Of a DNA stretch of 64,000 nucleotides, positions 63,156 to 64,000 are shown piece after piece. Origin of the DNA: Naegleria gruberi (lineage: Eukaryota); NCBI GenBank assembly GCA_000004985.1, contig GG738847.1; one strand, written 5' to 3'. Under the pieces are notes generated by a model, which made no database searches, was not told the DNA's origin, and saw only the letters and a program-made list of their open reading frames with translations. A program made the position numbers and the translations under genes. The number at the start of each line of letters is the position of its first letter. Position 1 is the stretch's first letter.

Positions 63156-64000
63156 CTATTCTGTGAGGAATGGAAGAACCTTATCAATTTTTTGTCTACA
63201 CTCGGTCAGTAAATTGTGAATGGCTTCTGTGTGGAGGTAATTCTTTCGTGTGAATAGATTGAAACAATTATCAATTTGGTTCTTTCTCATGTACATGAGT
63301 GGGAAGGTTCGGGAGAGTGGTGAGTATTCTTTAACCAAGTCTGGATACACTTTGTTAATATCCTCTTCTTTCAATGTTCCATTCTCAATTTGTTGTTGAA
63401 CTACTTGTTGAATTTTTGCGTGGACAACATTCATTAAATTGCATGTAATCTTGTACAGGTTTCTATACTCGACGTAGAGATTGAAAAATTCTGGAACGTA
63501 ATGTTTCACCAATTTGAGATCAGTGGTCATTTCAGAAAGTGTAGACAAGTCGCCTCCACTATTTACAAGTTCTTGAACACTTTCAGAGAGGAAGGATTTC
63601 AAATTTCTAACCATTTCAATCATGTACATTTGATTATTTTCAGAGTCTACACTAGTTTCTTGAGTTTCTGAATCTCTGAAAAGTTCCAAATACGACATGC
63701 TATAATAAATACCAGTTTCAATCTTGACTCTTACAAAATCTTGATCACACAAAATAAATCCAGAATATCTTTCCGGATCCATTGTAGAAAAGTCATTGGC
63801 TAGCTCCATATATTTTTCAAAAACTTTAAATAATGGCAAGTTGACACAAATATCATCTGGTTTCTTTCTCCACATGTTTGCATTGAGAGGTCTCTTTTTT
63901 GGTTTGTATTTGGTCTGTTCTACAATATCAAAGTAAGGACCTTTTGGTATAATTTCAATAATTTCTGGATGTTTCCAATTGTATCTTTCTGCGTGTGGTT
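63156..64000 (-). CDS. Hypothetical helical protein, C-terminal 280 aa only (ORF open to the window edge)
   Basis: The frame is continuous from 64000 (…PHAERYNWKHPEIIEIIPKGPYFDIVEQTKYKPKKRPLNANMWRKKPDD…) to the stop at 63156. Codon usage is typical. No domain was recognised. Confidence 0.5.
   Translation of the reverse strand, partial: PHAERYNWKHPEIIEIIPKGPYFDIVEQTKYKPKKRPLNANMWRKKPDDICVNLPLFKVFEKYMELANDFSTMDPERYSGFILCDQDFVRVKIETGIYYSMSYLELFRDSETQETSVDSENNQMYMIEMVRNLKSFLSESVQELVNSGGDLSTLSEMTTDLKLVKHYVPEFFNLYVEYRNLYKITCNLMNVVHAKIQQVVQQQIENGTLKEEDINKVYPDLVKEYSPLSRTFPLMYMRKNQIDNCFNLFTRKNYLHTEAIHNLLTECRQKIDKVLPFLTE

Noticed and set aside
1-64000. Looked for CRISPR arrays, prokaryotic operons, defence-system signatures and transposon ORFs
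   Set aside because: The sequence has spliceosomal introns, Pol III tRNA genes with oligo-T terminators, and eukaryotic gene content (EMC1, GINS, G-alpha, SepSecS). There are no direct-repeat/spacer arrays and no RT, integrase or transposase ORFs. A prokaryotic interpretation is not supportable.

Overview
This window is compact, AT-rich eukaryotic nuclear DNA. Nothing in it looks prokaryotic. I found no CRISPR array or operon and no mobile-element ORFs (reverse transcriptase, integrase or transposase).

Gene density is high, about one gene per 2 kb on both strands. Intergenic spacers are 25-300 bp, except one of about 1.4 kb. Many spliceosomal introns are very short (31-104 nt, one of 465 nt). 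Donors are GTAAGT, GTATGT, GTACGT, GTTAGT or GTTTGT/GTTTGA. Several introns carry a CTAAC or ACTAAT branch-point-like motif near the 3' AG.

I can support about 30 protein-coding genes and two tRNA genes.
- Recognisable housekeeping genes: cysteinyl-tRNA synthetase, O-phosphoseryl-tRNA(Sec) selenium transferase (SepSecS), EMC1, a GINS Psf1-like subunit (partial), cathepsin C, a G-protein alpha subunit, a macro-domain protein, an ABCC-type transporter, an RRM protein, an SDR aldehyde reductase, an EEP-family phosphodiesterase, a Myb/SHAQKYF protein, an SMI1/KNR4 protein, a START-like protein and TPR proteins.
- Lineage-specific genes: a 3,200-aa EGF/REJ/GPS single-pass receptor with a repetitive cytoplasmic tail; a very lysine- and cysteine-rich secreted protein; several low-complexity hypothetical proteins.
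- RNA genes: tRNA-Phe(GAA) on the plus strand and tRNA-Gln(UUG) on the minus strand, each followed by an oligo-T run.

The supplied ORF track uses non-ATG codons (TTG/GTG) as starts and does not model introns. Several gene models were therefore re-derived by hand: the G-alpha, EMC1, RRM, TPR/UIM, macro, CH-domain, SDR, cathepsin C and Psf1 genes, and a TPR gene that the track split into two ORFs.

The organism cannot be named from the sequence alone. Gene content (GPS domain, cathepsin C, START, SepSecS, EMC1) and a tRNA-Phe almost identical to metazoan tRNA-Phe suggest a compact-genome amorphean eukaryote: an amoebozoan-like protist or a small-genome animal. That is inference only.

The most notable items are: (1) SepSecS, which implies selenocysteine use; (2) the giant GPS-containing receptor with a novel tandem-repeat tail; (3) the lysine/cysteine-rich secreted protein; (4) the ultra-short introns; and (5) three gene-model anomalies: a one-base frame disruption in a TPR gene, an antisense small ORF overlapping the 5' end of the cNMP-binding gene, and a missing 5' exon for the ankyrin gene.
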